Positions 39,953-50,759 of a stretch of DNA of 64,000 nt are shown in pieces; the first letter of the stretch is position 1, and each line of letters begins with the position of its first letter. The notes under the pieces were generated by a model. That model searched no databases, was not told the DNA's origin, and saw nothing but the letters and a program-made list of their open reading frames with translations. Made by a program: the position numbers and the translations under genes. The stretch is from Candidatus Multivoradales bacterium (lineage in GTDB: Bacteria > Acidobacteriota > Thermoanaerobaculia > Multivoradales > JAHEKO01). The stretch covers positions 768,001 to 832,000 of the forward strand of contig CBDCXM010000009.1 of NCBI GenBank assembly GCA_965223855.1, given 5' to 3'.

Positions 39953-41392
39953 TCAGTCGACGACGTTGCTCCAGTAGCGCAGATCGCCGGACTCGAAGTC
40001 GTCCATCAGGATCGGCACCACCACGCCGCCGTAGCGGACCTCGGACCCGGTGCCGAACTGCAACTCGGCCACCGGCTGCAGTCGGGTGAAGGCGTGGAAG
40101 ATGCGCGTTCCGCCACGCGTCCTCACGAGGTCGTTGAAGGCTCCCGCCCAGTCGGTGCGCCGGTTCTCGGTGACCCGGTCGACCAGCATCGGCTCGCCGC
40201 CCTGCGCCGAGGTCGAAGCGAGCGTCGTCTGGATGACGAACGTGTCGGTCGTCCCCGTCGTCTCGCCGCTGCCGTGATAGAGGAAACTGGCGAACTGCCC
40301 GTTGGCCTCGCAGTCGAAAGCCTGGCGGTTGGCGCGCGCTCCCGGAAGCACGACCGACGAGATCCCCTGAAGCCCTCCTCCGGGGCCGAGGAAGACGGCG
40401 TAGAAGTTGGTGATCCCGAGGTCGGGGCGCGGCTCGAGAGTGCCGATCACGTAGCCGGTGTCGAGCGGGCAACTGCGGCTCTGGGTGTAGGTGAACTGCG
40501 ACGCGCTCGCCGGCAGGCCGTTGTTGAGCACGATCTCGGAGACCGTGAAGTTGATGTGCGACATGCGCTTGATGACGAAGCGGTTGGCCGTCGTCACGCA
40601 GGAGATGAAGCTCTCGTCGAGAGAGCCGGATCCCGAGCGCGAGAAGTGCCAGTTGGAGCTGACGCCGCGGCAGTCGGGGATTGTCGTCTCGAGGACGTGG
40701 CCGCCCTCGGTCCCGGCGTCGGAGTGGACGTCGAGCCCGTTGCCGGGAAAGTTCGACGTCACCATGATCCGACGGAAGCCGACCGTGCCTTCGAGGCCAC
40801 CGCTCTGGCGCTCGTCGTCGTCATCGTCGTCGTGATCGTCGTCGTCGTCGGATATGTCGCCATCGTGCCCGAGCGACCGGCGACTCTCGACGGCGACCAC
40901 CCCCGCCGCTGGAGCGCCGATCTCGATTTCGAAACTCTCCAGGGTGTTGAAGTCGCTCAGGTAGTGCAGGCTGGCGTCGTCGTCGAGCCCCTTGCCGTAG
41001 TTCGAGCAGCACAGTCCGTCGAGCGCCGGCTGGACGCCGGCGGAACTGAAGACGACATCGTCGTCGATCAGCACCCGCCGCGAGGACGGTCCGGTATCGA
41101 GCGCCGGTAGCAGCGCCGAGGAGTGGTAGTCGAATCGGTTGCCGCCCGAGTTGTAGCCGACGAGCGCTTCGAGGCGCACCATCGGGTTTCCGAGGCTGGC
41201 CGGCAGATTGACGCCCCGCAGCACCGGCGTGACGCTGAACGGGTTGGTCACGGGGAAGGACTCCCATTCGAGGAACCGGGCTTTGGCGGCTCCTGGTAGC
41301 GCCAACACGAAAGCCAGGGCGAAGACAGTACGAGCACGCAGAAGGTTCCCGGCGCGGCATGACCGCAGCAGGGCGAAACGGGGATGGAGCAT
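39953..41392 (-). CDS. Secreted hypothetical protein with an Asp-rich tract and a C-terminal DDFESGD motif
   Basis: Signal peptide (FALAFVLALPGAAKA), internal SDDDDDHDDDDDDE, C-terminus ILMDDFESGDLRYWSNVVD. Confidence 0.7.
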   Translation of the reverse strand: MLHPRFALLRSCRAGNLLRARTVFALAFVLALPGAAKARFLEWESFPVTNPFSVTPVLRGVNLPASLGNPMVRLEALVGYNSGGNRFDYHSSALLPALDTGPSSRRVLIDDDVVFSSAGVQPALDGLCCSNYGKGLDDDASLHYLSDFNTLESFEIEIGAPAAGVVAVESRRSLGHDGDISDDDDDHDDDDDDERQSGGLEGTVGFRRIMVTSNFPGNGLDVHSDAGTEGGHVLETTIPDCRGVSSNWHFSRSGSGSLDESFISCVTTANRFVIKRMSHINFTVSEIVLNNGLPASASQFTYTQSRSCPLDTGYVIGTLEPRPDLGITNFYAVFLGPGGGLQGISSVVLPGARANRQAFDCEANGQFASFLYHGSGETTGTTDTFVIQTTLASTSAQGGEPMLVDRVTENRRTDWAGAFNDLVRTRGGTRIFHAFTRLQPVAELQFGTGSEVRYGGVVVPILMDDFESGDLRYWSNVVD

Positions 41393-41597
41393 CACGAGCC
41401 TCCTGATCGATCGTGGGCCGGGGTCATACTCCGGCCTACGCAGCGCCCCCGTTCCTGGATGAACACGCGTCTCGGAGCGCAAGCTCGCTACCGCCGGCCA
41501 TCAGTGCTAGGGTCCGCGCCGCTCCGGCCGAGCCGCAGCACCCGCCCGTCTTCTCCCCAGCTGCCTCAACCCGTCCCGTCACAGTTCCGGAGACACC

Positions 41598-43403
41598 ATG
41601 ACTCGTTCCGTCCGCACCGACCTGCGCAACCTGGCGATCATCGCCCACGTCGATCACGGCAAGACCACGCTGGTCGACTCGATGCTGTGGCAAAGCGGCA
41701 TCTTCCGCGACAACGAGGAGGTCGCCGAGCGGGTGATGGACTCGATCGATCTGGAGCGCGAGAAGGGCATCACCATCATGGCCAAGAACACGGCCATCCA
41801 GTACGGCGAGACGCGGATCAACATCGTCGACACTCCGGGTCATGCCGACTTCGGCGGCGAGGTCGAACGCACCCTGAAGCTGGTCGACGGCGTGCTGCTG
41901 CTGGTCGATGCCAGCGAGGGGCCGCTTCCGCAGACCCGCTTCGTGCTGCGCAAGGCGCTCGAGGCGGGGCTCGCGCCGATCGTCGTGATCAACAAGATCG
42001 ACCGTGCCGATGCGAGGATCTCCGAGGTGGTCGACGAGGTCTACGATCTCTTCATCGACCTCGACGCGAGCGAGGAACAGATCGAGTTCCCGGTGCTCTA
42101 CGCGGTGGCGCGCGACGGCATCTGCCGCACCGAGGCCGACGGCCCCGACCAGACCCTCGAGCCGCTCTTCGAGCAGATCCTCGAAACCGTCCCGCCGCCG
42201 TCCTTCGAGGAGGGGCATCCACTCCAGATGCTCGTCACCACCCTCGGTCACGACGACTACGTCGGCCGGCTCGGCATCGGACGGGTCTTCGAGGGCGAGG
42301 TCGAGCGCGGGACCACCGTCGCCCGTTGCCGGCTCGACGGTTCGATCGAGACGGTCAAGGTGGCGCATCTCTACGGCTACGACGGCCTCGAGAGGGTGAA
42401 GATCGACCGTGCGGGCCCCGGCGACATCGTCGCGGTCGCCGGCTTCGACGAGGTGGCGATCGGCGAGACGATCGCCGACGCCGACGACTCCCGTGCGCTC
42501 CCGCCGATCACAGTCGACGAGCCGACGCTGGCGATGGTGTTCTCGGTCAACGACTCACCGCTGGCCGGCACCGAGGGCAAGCACGTCACCTCCAACAAGA
42601 TCCGCGAGCGGCTCGAGCGCGAGACCTGGACCAACGTCTCGATCCGGGTCGAGGATGCCGAGGGCGGCCGCGGCTTCAAGGTCTCGGGGCGCGGCGAGCT
42701 GCAGCTCGCCATTCTGATCGAGATGATGCGGCGCGAGGGCTACGAACTTTCGGTCGGCAAACCACAGGTTCTGACCCGCAGAGACGAAGAGGGCCAGCTC
42801 GAGGAGCCGATGGAGATCCTCACCATCGACTGCCCGGAGGAGTTCGTCGGCGCGGTGACGCAGAACCTGGGCCCGCGCCGCGGCCGGATGATGAAGATGA
42901 CCAACCACGGCAGCGGCCGGGTGCGGATGGAGTTCCGGGTGCCGTCGCGCGGCCTCATCGGCTTCCGCACCGAGTTCCTGACCGAGACCAAGGGGACCGG
43001 GATCCTCAACCATCTCTTCGACGGCTTCGGGCCGTGGCAGGGCGACATCCCGCAACGCACGACCGGCGCGCTGATCGCCGACCGCTCCGGTCGCGCGACG
43101 CCGTTCGCCATCGAGCACCTGCAGCCGCGCGGCATCTTCTTCATCCCGCCCGGCGAGACCGTCTACGAGGGGATGGTGGTCGGCGAGCATTCTCGACCGA
43201 GCGATCTCGACGTCAACATCACCAAGGAGAAGAAGCTCACCAACATGCGGGCGGCGTCGGCCGACGAGCTGGTGCGCCTCGTCCCGCCGACGCTGCTGTC
43301 GCTCGAGCAGGCGATCGAGTTCATCGCCGAGGACGAGCTCATCGAGGTGACGCCGAAGGCGTTCCGCCTGCGCAAGAAGACCCTCGCCGCCAACTACCGC
43401 TGA
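41598..43403 (+). CDS. typA: Translational GTPase TypA/BipA
   Basis: [14 protein letters not shown]-like [40 protein letters not shown]. Confidence 0.97.
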   Translation: MTRSVRTDLRNLAIIAHVDHGKTTLVDSMLWQSGIFRDNEEVAERVMDSIDLEREKGITIMAKNTAIQYGETRINIVDTPGHADFGGEVERTLKLVDGVLLLVDASEGPLPQTRFVLRKALEAGLAPIVVINKIDRADARISEVVDEVYDLFIDLDASEEQIEFPVLYAVARDGICRTEADGPDQTLEPLFEQILETVPPPSFEEGHPLQMLVTTLGHDDYVGRLGIGRVFEGEVERGTTVARCRLDGSIETVKVAHLYGYDGLERVKIDRAGPGDIVAVAGFDEVAIGETIADADDSRALPPITVDEPTLAMVFSVNDSPLAGTEGKHVTSNKIRERLERETWTNVSIRVEDAEGGRGFKVSGRGELQLAILIEMMRREGYELSVGKPQVLTRRDEEGQLEEPMEILTIDCPEEFVGAVTQNLGPRRGRMMKMTNHGSGRVRMEFRVPSRGLIGFRTEFLTETKGTGILNHLFDGFGPWQGDIPQRTTGALIADRSGRATPFAIEHLQPRGIFFIPPGETVYEGMVVGEHSRPSDLDVNITKEKKLTNMRAASADELVRLVPPTLLSLEQAIEFIAEDELIEVTPKAFRLRKKTLAANYR

Positions 43404-43517
43404 GGGCGGCCGCGCAACGAGCGTGGAACGCGTCGCGGAGCCTCTCCGGCGCTTCCACATGAGCCCTCCGGCGGGCTCTGACGACCCCGGAGGCGGTGGT
43501 AGATTTCCGGCGGTCCG

Positions 43518-46500
43518 ATGGACATGCCGGCAACTCTGGGTCCCTACAAAGTGCTCTCGCGCCTCGGCGCGGGCAGCATGGGCGAGGTGTACCGCGGGCT
43601 CGACCCGACGCTCGAGCGCGAGGTCGCCCTCAAGGTGCTCCCCGACTCGCTGGTGAAGGACGAATCGGCGCTCAAGCGCTTCCGCCGTGAGGCGTTGCTG
43701 CTGGCGTCGGTCAACAACCCGAACATCGCGACCGTCTTCGGCTTCGAGGAGGTCGACGGCAATCAGGTGCTGGTGCTCGAGCTGGTGGAGGGGGAGACCC
43801 TCGACGACCGCCTCGCCCGCGGCCCTCTCGACGTCGAGTCGGCGTTGAAGGTCAACCGGCAGATCGCGAGCGCCCTCGAAGCCGCCCACCGGCAGGGCAT
43901 CATCCATCGCGATCTCAAGCCGGCCAACGTCATGATCTCGAAGGACGGGTGGGTCAAGGTGCTGGACTTCGGGGTCGCGAAGGCGCTGAGTTCACAGACC
44001 GCTGCGAGCTCCGCGACCCCGGCGGCGGGTCCCGAGACACAGGCGATCGATCTCACGGATCCTGGGCTCGAGGTGCCGCAGACATCCGAACCGGCGGCGC
44101 CGGAAGCGGCAGACGAGGCGGAGCCGGAGACGAGAACGCTCGATCTCGACCACCTCGACTCGGCAGAGCCGACCGACTCGTTCGAAGAGCCGCTCCAGTC
44201 CCCTGGTCGAGTGGCGGGCCGCGCCGCTCCGGCGGGCGTGGACGACCCGAACCTCACCGCCGCCGGCACGGTGCTCGGCACCGTGTCCTACATGAGTCCG
44301 GAGCAGCTGCGGATCGCCGACATCGACGAGCGGGTCGACATCTGGGCGTTCGGCTGCGTCCTCTACGAGTCGCTGACCGGGAGGATGGCGTTCGAGGGCG
44401 GGACCGTCCTCGAAACGGTGACCGCCGTCAGCGACAGCGAGCCCGACTGGGCGGCGTTGCCGCCCGACCTGCCCGACCCGGTGCGGACGCTGCTGGGCCG
44501 CTGCCTGCACAAGGACCGCGAACGACGCCTGCATTCGATCGCCGACGCGCGGATCGAGCTCGAGGACGCCCTGCACCCGTTCCTCGCCCCCGACCGCACC
44601 GGGCCTCCGCGTACGGGACCGTCGCCGAGCGGCTCAACTACCGGCTCAACGACCGGCGAGCTGAGGTCGCGCCCGCCCGGCACCTCCCCGCGAGCGGCGC
44701 TCGAGTATCTCGACACCCTCGGTTCCTACACGGTGGTCGAGCGACTCGACGTCGGTGCCATGGGCGACGTCTACCGCGCACACGACAGCCAGATGGATCG
44801 CGACGTCGCCCTCAAGGTGCTGCGTCCCGGGCTGCTGGACGGGGAGGAGGCGCGCGCGCGCTTCCGCGGCGAGGCGGAGGCGCTCTCGCGGCTGAACCAC
44901 CCTCACGTGGCGGCACTGATCGAGTTCGGGGAAGGGGTCGAGTTCCAGGAGGGGAAGGTCGACTTCCTGGCGATGGAGTACGTCGATGGAGAGTCGCTCG
45001 CCATGCGCCTCACCCGCGGGCCGTTGTCGTCGGCCGACGTGGCTCGGCTCGGATCGCAGATCGCCGCCGGCCTCGCGGCGGCACACGACGCCGGGATCGT
45101 TCACCGCGACGTCAAGCCGGGGAACATCCTGCTCGCGGGCGACGGGGGGGCCAAGCTGCTCGATTTCGGCGTGGCGCTCGTCGCCGACCGGCCGGACGCG
45201 GAGCGCGAGGTCAAGTTGCACGGCCCGCTGCCGTACGCCGCGCCGGAACTGGTGCGAGGGGCGCGGGCGAATCCACAGACCGACGTCTACGCCCTCGGTG
45301 TGGTGCTCTATCAGGCGGCCACCGGTGCCCGTCCGTTCGGCGATGACACCGCCGAGCAGCTCGCGAACTCGATCCAGCACCACAATCCGCCGCCGCCGAC
45401 CGAGCTCAATCCGGAGCTCGACCCGCAGCTCGAGAAGGTCATCCTGCGCTGTCTCGAGAAAGACACCGACGCCCGCTTCCGCGACGCCCGTGAGCTCGAG
45501 ACCGCCCTCGAGGAGCTCGGCCCGGCGCTCGATCCGGGCGGCTCTACCGGGAGCTTCGGAGAGCTCCTCTCCCGCCCCGCGGTCTGGGGGTCCGCGCTTC
45601 TGATGATCGCGCTGGTCGCCTTCCTGCTGCTGACGCGACCGTTCGGCCCGGAAGAGGTCGCTCCGCAAGGCGACGACGGGGTCATCTCCTCGGTTGTCGT
45701 CCTGCCGGGAGAGCTGACGGCCGGGGAGGAGGATAGCTTCCTCGCCGACGCGATCGCCAACTCGATCTCCGCCGGTCTGCTGCAGACGCAGGGGCTCGAC
45801 ACCAAGATCCCGCCCTCGAGCCTCCTCGTCGAGGCGACACCGGGCGGCTTGCGACGGCTGGCGCAGGCCTACGCGGTCGAGGCGATGGTGGTGCCGAGCG
45901 CACGCGTCGTCGACGAGCGGCTCGAACTGACGGTTCAGCTCGTCGACGCCGCAGAGCTCGGGATCGTCTGGAGCGGCAACTTCGCGGGGGCGCGGACCGA
46001 CTATGCGCGGCTCTCGCGGGAAGCTGCGGAGAGCCTCAGGATGGCGCTGAGGCCGGGGGTCGAGATCGAGGCGCTTCCGGCCGCCACCCTCGACCCGGAG
46101 GCGGAGTCGCTCCTGCAGCGCGGCCGCTACTACTCGAGCCTCTTCACCAACCGCGGGCGGATCGGCGACTACGAACGGGCGCAGGCGGCCTTCGAGGAGA
46201 GCTTCGCACTCGATCCGGGTGACGGCGAGGCGGCAGCCGAGATCGCTCAGCTCCACTTTGCCCGTCTCGCAACCGGAGTCTCGATGCTCGAGGTTCTCCC
46301 CGAGATCGAGACGTGGGCCAACCGGGCGATGGAGCACGATCCCCGCTCGAGCAAGGCGTGGGGAGTGCTGAGCTCGATCGAGAGCGGCCGCACACCGGAG
46401 AGCTACCGGCGCAAGCTCGACTTCGCGTTGAAGTCTGCGACCTACGGGCCGCGCGACGGCTACTCGCATCGCCGTCTGAGCATCCCGCTGATGTCGAACT

Positions 46501-47213
46501 CGCACGAGCTGGCGCTCATCGCGTCGCAGAAGGCGTCGGCGCTCGATCCGCTGCTGGTCAACGGGCCGATCTTCGAGGCGCTCTTCCTGACCATCCTCCA
46601 TCGCACCGACGAGGCGCTGGCGCAGCTCGACGCGGCGTTCGAGGTCGAGCCCGACATTCCCTTCGGGCGCTACGTCCAGTCGCTGGTGCTGACGGTGCAC
46701 GGCGAAGAGCAGCGAGCCCTCGCGGTTGCCGAAGAGCTGGAGGGCGTCGTCGACGAGGGGCGGCTTCATCCCCAGTGGGTCGCTTTCGCGCGCGACATCG
46801 CTACCCTCGGTGTCGAGGCCGCGGCGGGCCGAGCTACCGGGGACAAGGCGCGCGAGGTGGTCGAGCGACTCGTCTCCCTGGGACGAGGAGAGGTGCCGTT
46901 CCCGCGCTGGGAGCAGACGACTCTCGGGATCACCATGCTCCTCGCCCGCCACGGCTACCGCAGAGAGGCGATCGAACTGCTCCACCACCGTCACCGGATC
47001 GAGATCAACGACACCTACGACTACCTGCTCTTCAACGAGGAGCTCGAGTCGCTGCGGGACGACGATCGGGTGCGCGAGGTGGTGTCCGCGGCCAAGGAGC
47101 GCTTCGACGGCATGATCGCCATTCTCGAGGAGGCGCGGTCGCGCGGCGACCTGCCCAAGTATCTCGAGCAGCCGCTGAGCGACCTGCTCGCGCGGCTGCG
47201 AGAGGCGGCCTGA
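43518..47213 (+). CDS. Membrane Ser/Thr protein kinase with two tandem Hanks kinase domains, a TM and a TolB_N/TPR-like C-terminal region
   Basis: Domain 1: VALK, HRDLKPAN, DFG, YMSPE. Domain 2: VALK, HRDVKPGN, DFG, YAAPE. TM AVWGSALLMIALVAFLLL. Confidence 0.9.
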   Translation: MDMPATLGPYKVLSRLGAGSMGEVYRGLDPTLEREVALKVLPDSLVKDESALKRFRREALLLASVNNPNIATVFGFEEVDGNQVLVLELVEGETLDDRLARGPLDVESALKVNRQIASALEAAHRQGIIHRDLKPANVMISKDGWVKVLDFGVAKALSSQTAASSATPAAGPETQAIDLTDPGLEVPQTSEPAAPEAADEAEPETRTLDLDHLDSAEPTDSFEEPLQSPGRVAGRAAPAGVDDPNLTAAGTVLGTVSYMSPEQLRIADIDERVDIWAFGCVLYESLTGRMAFEGGTVLETVTAVSDSEPDWAALPPDLPDPVRTLLGRCLHKDRERRLHSIADARIELEDALHPFLAPDRTGPPRTGPSPSGSTTGSTTGELRSRPPGTSPRAALEYLDTLGSYTVVERLDVGAMGDVYRAHDSQMDRDVALKVLRPGLLDGEEARARFRGEAEALSRLNHPHVAALIEFGEGVEFQEGKVDFLAMEYVDGESLAMRLTRGPLSSADVARLGSQIAAGLAAAHDAGIVHRDVKPGNILLAGDGGAKLLDFGVALVADRPDAEREVKLHGPLPYAAPELVRGARANPQTDVYALGVVLYQAATGARPFGDDTAEQLANSIQHHNPPPPTELNPELDPQLEKVILRCLEKDTDARFRDARELETALEELGPALDPGGSTGSFGELLSRPAVWGSALLMIALVAFLLLTRPFGPEEVAPQGDDGVISSVVVLPGELTAGEEDSFLADAIANSISAGLLQTQGLDTKIPPSSLLVEATPGGLRRLAQAYAVEAMVVPSARVVDERLELTVQLVDAAELGIVWSGNFAGARTDYARLSREAAESLRMALRPGVEIEALPAATLDPEAESLLQRGRYYSSLFTNRGRIGDYERAQAAFEESFALDPGDGEAAAEIAQLHFARLATGVSMLEVLPEIETWANRAMEHDPRSSKAWGVLSSIESGRTPESYRRKLDFALKSATYGPRDGYSHRRLSIPLMSNSHELALIASQKASALDPLLVNGPIFEALFLTILHRTDEALAQLDAAFEVEPDIPFGRYVQSLVLTVHGEEQRALAVAEELEGVVDEGRLHPQWVAFARDIATLGVEAAAGRATGDKAREVVERLVSLGRGEVPFPRWEQTTLGITMLLARHGYRREAIELLHHRHRIEINDTYDYLLFNEELESLRDDDRVREVVSAAKERFDGMIAILEEARSRGDLPKYLEQPLSDLLARLREAA

Positions 47214-47219
47214 TCCCAT

Positions 47220-48632
47220 TTGATGGCGGGGCCCGTCGTCCTGCGGCTGCCCCCGGGATCAGAGCTCGAAGAGCGCTACCCGCGCCAGTTTCTGCTCTCG
47301 GCAGGACGTGCCCGGGTCGTCCTCTCGGAGCCGTCGGAGGCGCTGCTCCAGGTGGTGCGAGGGCTGCTGGGTGAGGGTGTCGAGGAGTCGGGAACGCTGC
47401 GAAACCCGACCGCCGAGTTGGCCGATCTGCTGGCCGAGCTCGTCTCCGGGGGCGGTCTGTGCCGAGCGGTCATCGACGGGGGGCGGGACGTCGCCACGGC
47501 CGTACCGCGGGCGGCGCCCTGTGAGCCGACCTGCCGTGTCGCGAAGCCCGGCGCACGGTTGGTGCTCTCCCGCTTTGCGACGCTCCACCGCGGTGCCGCC
47601 GGCCTCACCGTGGTCTCGCCGCGTTCGCGGGCGAAGCTGCTGCTCCACGATCCGGCTGCTGCGGCGCTCTTCCAGGAGCTCGCCACGCCGACCGACCCGG
47701 GAACTCTCGAGAGCGACGAGCTCTCGCCCGAGGCGCTCGCCGCGGTCGTCGCTCTGGCATACGGTGCCGAGATCCTGACGACGGTCGACGAGGACGGCGT
47801 CCCGGCAGAGGATCGCGATCCCTCCCTGAGGCAGTGGGAGGCCCACGACCTGGTGTTCCACGCCCGCAGTCGGTCGGGTCGACATGGCAGCCGGCTCGGC
47901 GCGACCTACCGCCTCGACGGTGAGCTCGAAGCGCTGCCGGCGTTCCGTCACCATGCGACGGACCAGGTCGTGAAGCTTCATCGCCCGGACCTCGACCGGC
48001 TCGCCCGCGAGGACCCGCCCCTCACCCGGGTCGTCGAAGAGCGACGGTCGCGCCGCTCTCACGGCGAGCAGGCGCTGCGACTCGAGGAGCTCGGGGAGCT
48101 GCTCTACAGAGCTGTGGGGGCTCGTGGTTCGGTCTCGGGCGGCTCGGTTTCGGGCGGGCGCTACGAGACGAGTGAGCGGCCCTACCCCGGCGGCGGTGCC
48201 GCCTACGAGCTCGAGGTCTATCTGGCGGTCTCCCGTTGCCGAGGGCTCGAGCCCGGGCTCTTCCACTACGAGCCGGACGCCCACCGACTCGCCCGGCTGA
48301 GCGGTCGCACGCCCGAAGTCGATCGCCTGCTGCACTCGGCCCGGCGCACTGCCGGTGCCGAGACCGAGCCGCAGGTGCTGATGATCCTGGCGGCGCGGTT
48401 TCGACGGGTGTTCTGGAAGTACTCGTCGATCGGCTACGCCACGATCCTCAAGGACGCCGGAGTGCTGATCCACAACGTCTACCTGGCAGCGACGGCCATG
48501 GATCTGGCGGTGTGCGCCCTCGGCGGTGGCGACTCGGATCTCTTTGCCGCCGCCTCCGGCACGAACTACTACGACGAGACGTCGGTGGCGGAGCTGATCC
48601 TCGGCAGCCGCGCCGAGAGCAGGACAGACTGA
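47220..48632 (+). CDS. SagB/ThcOx-family FMN-dependent azoline dehydrogenase
   Basis: WEAHDLVFHARSRSGRH, RRSRR, RPYPGGGAAYELE, WKY, DAGVL, YLAATAM. Confidence 0.9.
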   Translation: MMAGPVVLRLPPGSELEERYPRQFLLSAGRARVVLSEPSEALLQVVRGLLGEGVEESGTLRNPTAELADLLAELVSGGGLCRAVIDGGRDVATAVPRAAPCEPTCRVAKPGARLVLSRFATLHRGAAGLTVVSPRSRAKLLLHDPAAAALFQELATPTDPGTLESDELSPEALAAVVALAYGAEILTTVDEDGVPAEDRDPSLRQWEAHDLVFHARSRSGRHGSRLGATYRLDGELEALPAFRHHATDQVVKLHRPDLDRLAREDPPLTRVVEERRSRRSHGEQALRLEELGELLYRAVGARGSVSGGSVSGGRYETSERPYPGGGAAYELEVYLAVSRCRGLEPGLFHYEPDAHRLARLSGRTPEVDRLLHSARRTAGAETEPQVLMILAARFRRVFWKYSSIGYATILKDAGVLIHNVYLAATAMDLAVCALGGGDSDLFAAASGTNYYDETSVAELILGSRAESRTD

Positions 48633-48635
48633 GGG

Positions 48636-50339
48636 TCAGCCCTTCGCCCGGGCGCCGCGCAGCGCTGCGATCAGCTCCTCGCCGCGTGGCGAACCCTGGC
48701 CGGTGCAGGCGTCCCATCCGGCACCGGCATCGAAGGTGCCGTTGTTGCCGGCCGTGATGTCGGTGAAGACCGACGCGAAATCGGGATGGTAGAGCAAAGG
48801 GTTGATCCAGCCTGCACGCGCGCCGAGACTCTCGTTGGCGCACGCGAGCAGTCCCGCCCACATCGGCGCCGCGGCACTGGTGCCGCCCATGGCGATCCAG
48901 AGACCGGCGATCAGCATCGCGTAGCCGTCGCCGATGTCGGCCTTGCCGGCGACGTCGGGGATGCCGCGCCCGGGAGGTGTCGCCGCCGAGGGGTCGGCGA
49001 TCTGCCCCTCCTGCCATGCGGGCACGGGGAAGACGTCGCTGAAGCCGCCGCCGGTCGCCGTCGTGCGCGTCGCCGAGGACTCGTTCCATGCGTCCTCCGG
49101 TCGGTCCGAGGACGGCTCGAGCGTCGTGCCGCCGCAGGCGAGCACGTAAGGGCTGGTCGCGGGGAACTGCACCCGCGGCCTGCCGTCGGCGCCGGGGTTG
49201 GCACCCTTGTCGCCCGACGAGTAGCAGATCGACACGCCGCGCAGCGCCGCCCCCGCGAAGATGCCGTTCAAGGCGTCGATGAACGCCGGTGTCAGGTTCG
49301 CCTCCACCTGCCCCCAGCTGCAGGAGACGACGTCCGGCAGCCCGGCGGGATCGGACAGCGCCGCCGCCAATCCCTCGAGCTTGCCGCGCGCCGAGTTGGG
49401 TGCGAAGTAGACCCGGATCGACGCGGCGTTGGCGAACGCACCGACGAGCTGGACGTCGATCGTCGCCTCGATCGTCCACCAGATGCGGCGGACCGTCTCG
49501 GCGTCCGGTTTCGTATCCGTCTCCGGCGGACCGTCGATCGGCGGCGCCAATCCGATCGAGCGCAGGTAGTCGCGCAGCACCGGCTGCGCTACGGGGTCGT
49601 TCCTCTGCCCGTCGACCTCGGTGACGGCGATCGGCGGCAGGTCGAGGCCGAGCTCGGCGAAGTAGCGCTCGATGTCGGAGTCGTAGAAGCCGCCGCCGAG
49701 GAGGACGATCGCGACCTTGCGGCCCTTGCCCAGCGAATCGGCCGGAAAGCCGTAGTGCTTCGCCACCGCGACAGGCTCGATCAGGTCTCCCGGTCCCTGC
49801 TTGTCGACGGCCGTCGCCTGCGGATGGTCCCGGGCGTCGGCCGGACGCTCGAACAGCGGCAGGTTGTCGAGGCCGAGCACCTCCTCGACGAGGTCGCCGA
49901 GCTCCGCCGGCATCGTCGCGTCGCCGGTGTGCACCCGATGCATGGTGCCGCGGGTCTCGAGGCCGGTGAACTCGACGCCGAGCGCGCGCTCGAAGGCGCT
50001 CGCGGCTCCGGCCACGGTCACCAGGCGCAATGCCCGGTCGGTCCGCACGACCTCGAGCTCTGCCTGCTCGGCGAAGCGGGCGACCTGCTCGAGATCGCGC
50101 TCGGAGACACCGAAGCGCGCGGCGAAGTCGTCGGTCGAGAGGTCGCTGCGTTCGGTCGGTCTCTGGGAAGCGATCGTCTCGAGCGCCGAGTCGATCTCCC
50201 CGGGCGACGCCCGTGAGCGCAGGACCAGGGTGGCCTCGATGCGCTCTCCGCCGGAAGGGGCGGCCTCGGGGCGCAGGCGGGCGTCGGTCGCGCGAACCGG
50301 CGCCTTGCCGGCCACGGCCTTCCGGGCGCCGTCGGTCAT
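48636..50339 (-). CDS. S53 (sedolisin/kumamolisin) peptidase with pro-domain
   Basis: Catalytic E-x3-D (EATID), SCSWG, SSGDKGA, PDVAG, GGTSAAAP, DITAGNN, GWDACTG.GSP; no signal peptide visible. Confidence 0.92.
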   Translation of the reverse strand: MTDGARKAVAGKAPVRATDARLRPEAAPSGGERIEATLVLRSRASPGEIDSALETIASQRPTERSDLSTDDFAARFGVSERDLEQVARFAEQAELEVVRTDRALRLVTVAGAASAFERALGVEFTGLETRGTMHRVHTGDATMPAELGDLVEEVLGLDNLPLFERPADARDHPQATAVDKQGPGDLIEPVAVAKHYGFPADSLGKGRKVAIVLLGGGFYDSDIERYFAELGLDLPPIAVTEVDGQRNDPVAQPVLRDYLRSIGLAPPIDGPPETDTKPDAETVRRIWWTIEATIDVQLVGAFANAASIRVYFAPNSARGKLEGLAAALSDPAGLPDVVSCSWGQVEANLTPAFIDALNGIFAGAALRGVSICYSSGDKGANPGADGRPRVQFPATSPYVLACGGTTLEPSSDRPEDAWNESSATRTTATGGGFSDVFPVPAWQEGQIADPSAATPPGRGIPDVAGKADIGDGYAMLIAGLWIAMGGTSAAAPMWAGLLACANESLGARAGWINPLLYHPDFASVFTDITAGNNGTFDAGAGWDACTGQGSPRGEELIAALRGARAKG

Positions 50340-50363
50340 CGCCGTCGTCGCGCTGCGACCGCG

Positions 50364-50579
50364 TCAGGCGGCGCAGGTGGTATCGGGATCGTCGTACTCC
50401 GGCGGCTTGGTGACGCCCCAGCGCTCCTGCAGATGCTCACGCAGCTCCTGCTGGGTGAGGTCGTAGCCGCAGTCCCGGGCGATCGCGATGTAGTTCGCGG
50501 ACACCGCCTTGAGCCTGGCCTGCAGTTCCGGGTCCCGGTCCACATGATCGAAGAAAGCCTGCGCGTCCTTTTCCGACAT
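50364..50579 (-). CDS. Nif11-like-leader RiPP precursor peptide (71 aa)
   Basis: MSEKDAQAFFDHVDRDPELQARL...IARDCGYDLTQQEL fits the Nif11 leader pattern (MS..F...V..D..L...L...IA...GY.FT..EL). AGAGGGG RBS. Lies between YcaO and S53. Confidence 0.85.
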   Translation of the reverse strand: MSEKDAQAFFDHVDRDPELQARLKAVSANYIAIARDCGYDLTQQELREHLQERWGVTKPPEYDDPDTTCAA

Positions 50580-50712
50580 CTCTAGTCCCCTCTTTCTGCG
50601 TCTCCCGGCACAGGCCGACGTGAAGGAACCGGAGAGCCTGGCCGGGGGAGCCCGATGATGTTGGCGAGTTCGCATAAACCATAGGGTCTCGGACCACGCG
50701 CCGTCAATGGGC

Positions 50713-50744
50713 CGGGGCTCTCGGATCGGGGCTCTCGGATCGGG
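50713..50744. repeat. 14-bp tandem repeat (cggggctctcggat x2 plus partial)
   Basis: Seen directly in the YcaO-precursor intergenic region. Confidence 0.6.
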
Positions 50745-50759
50745 CTTCAGCTCAGGGCG

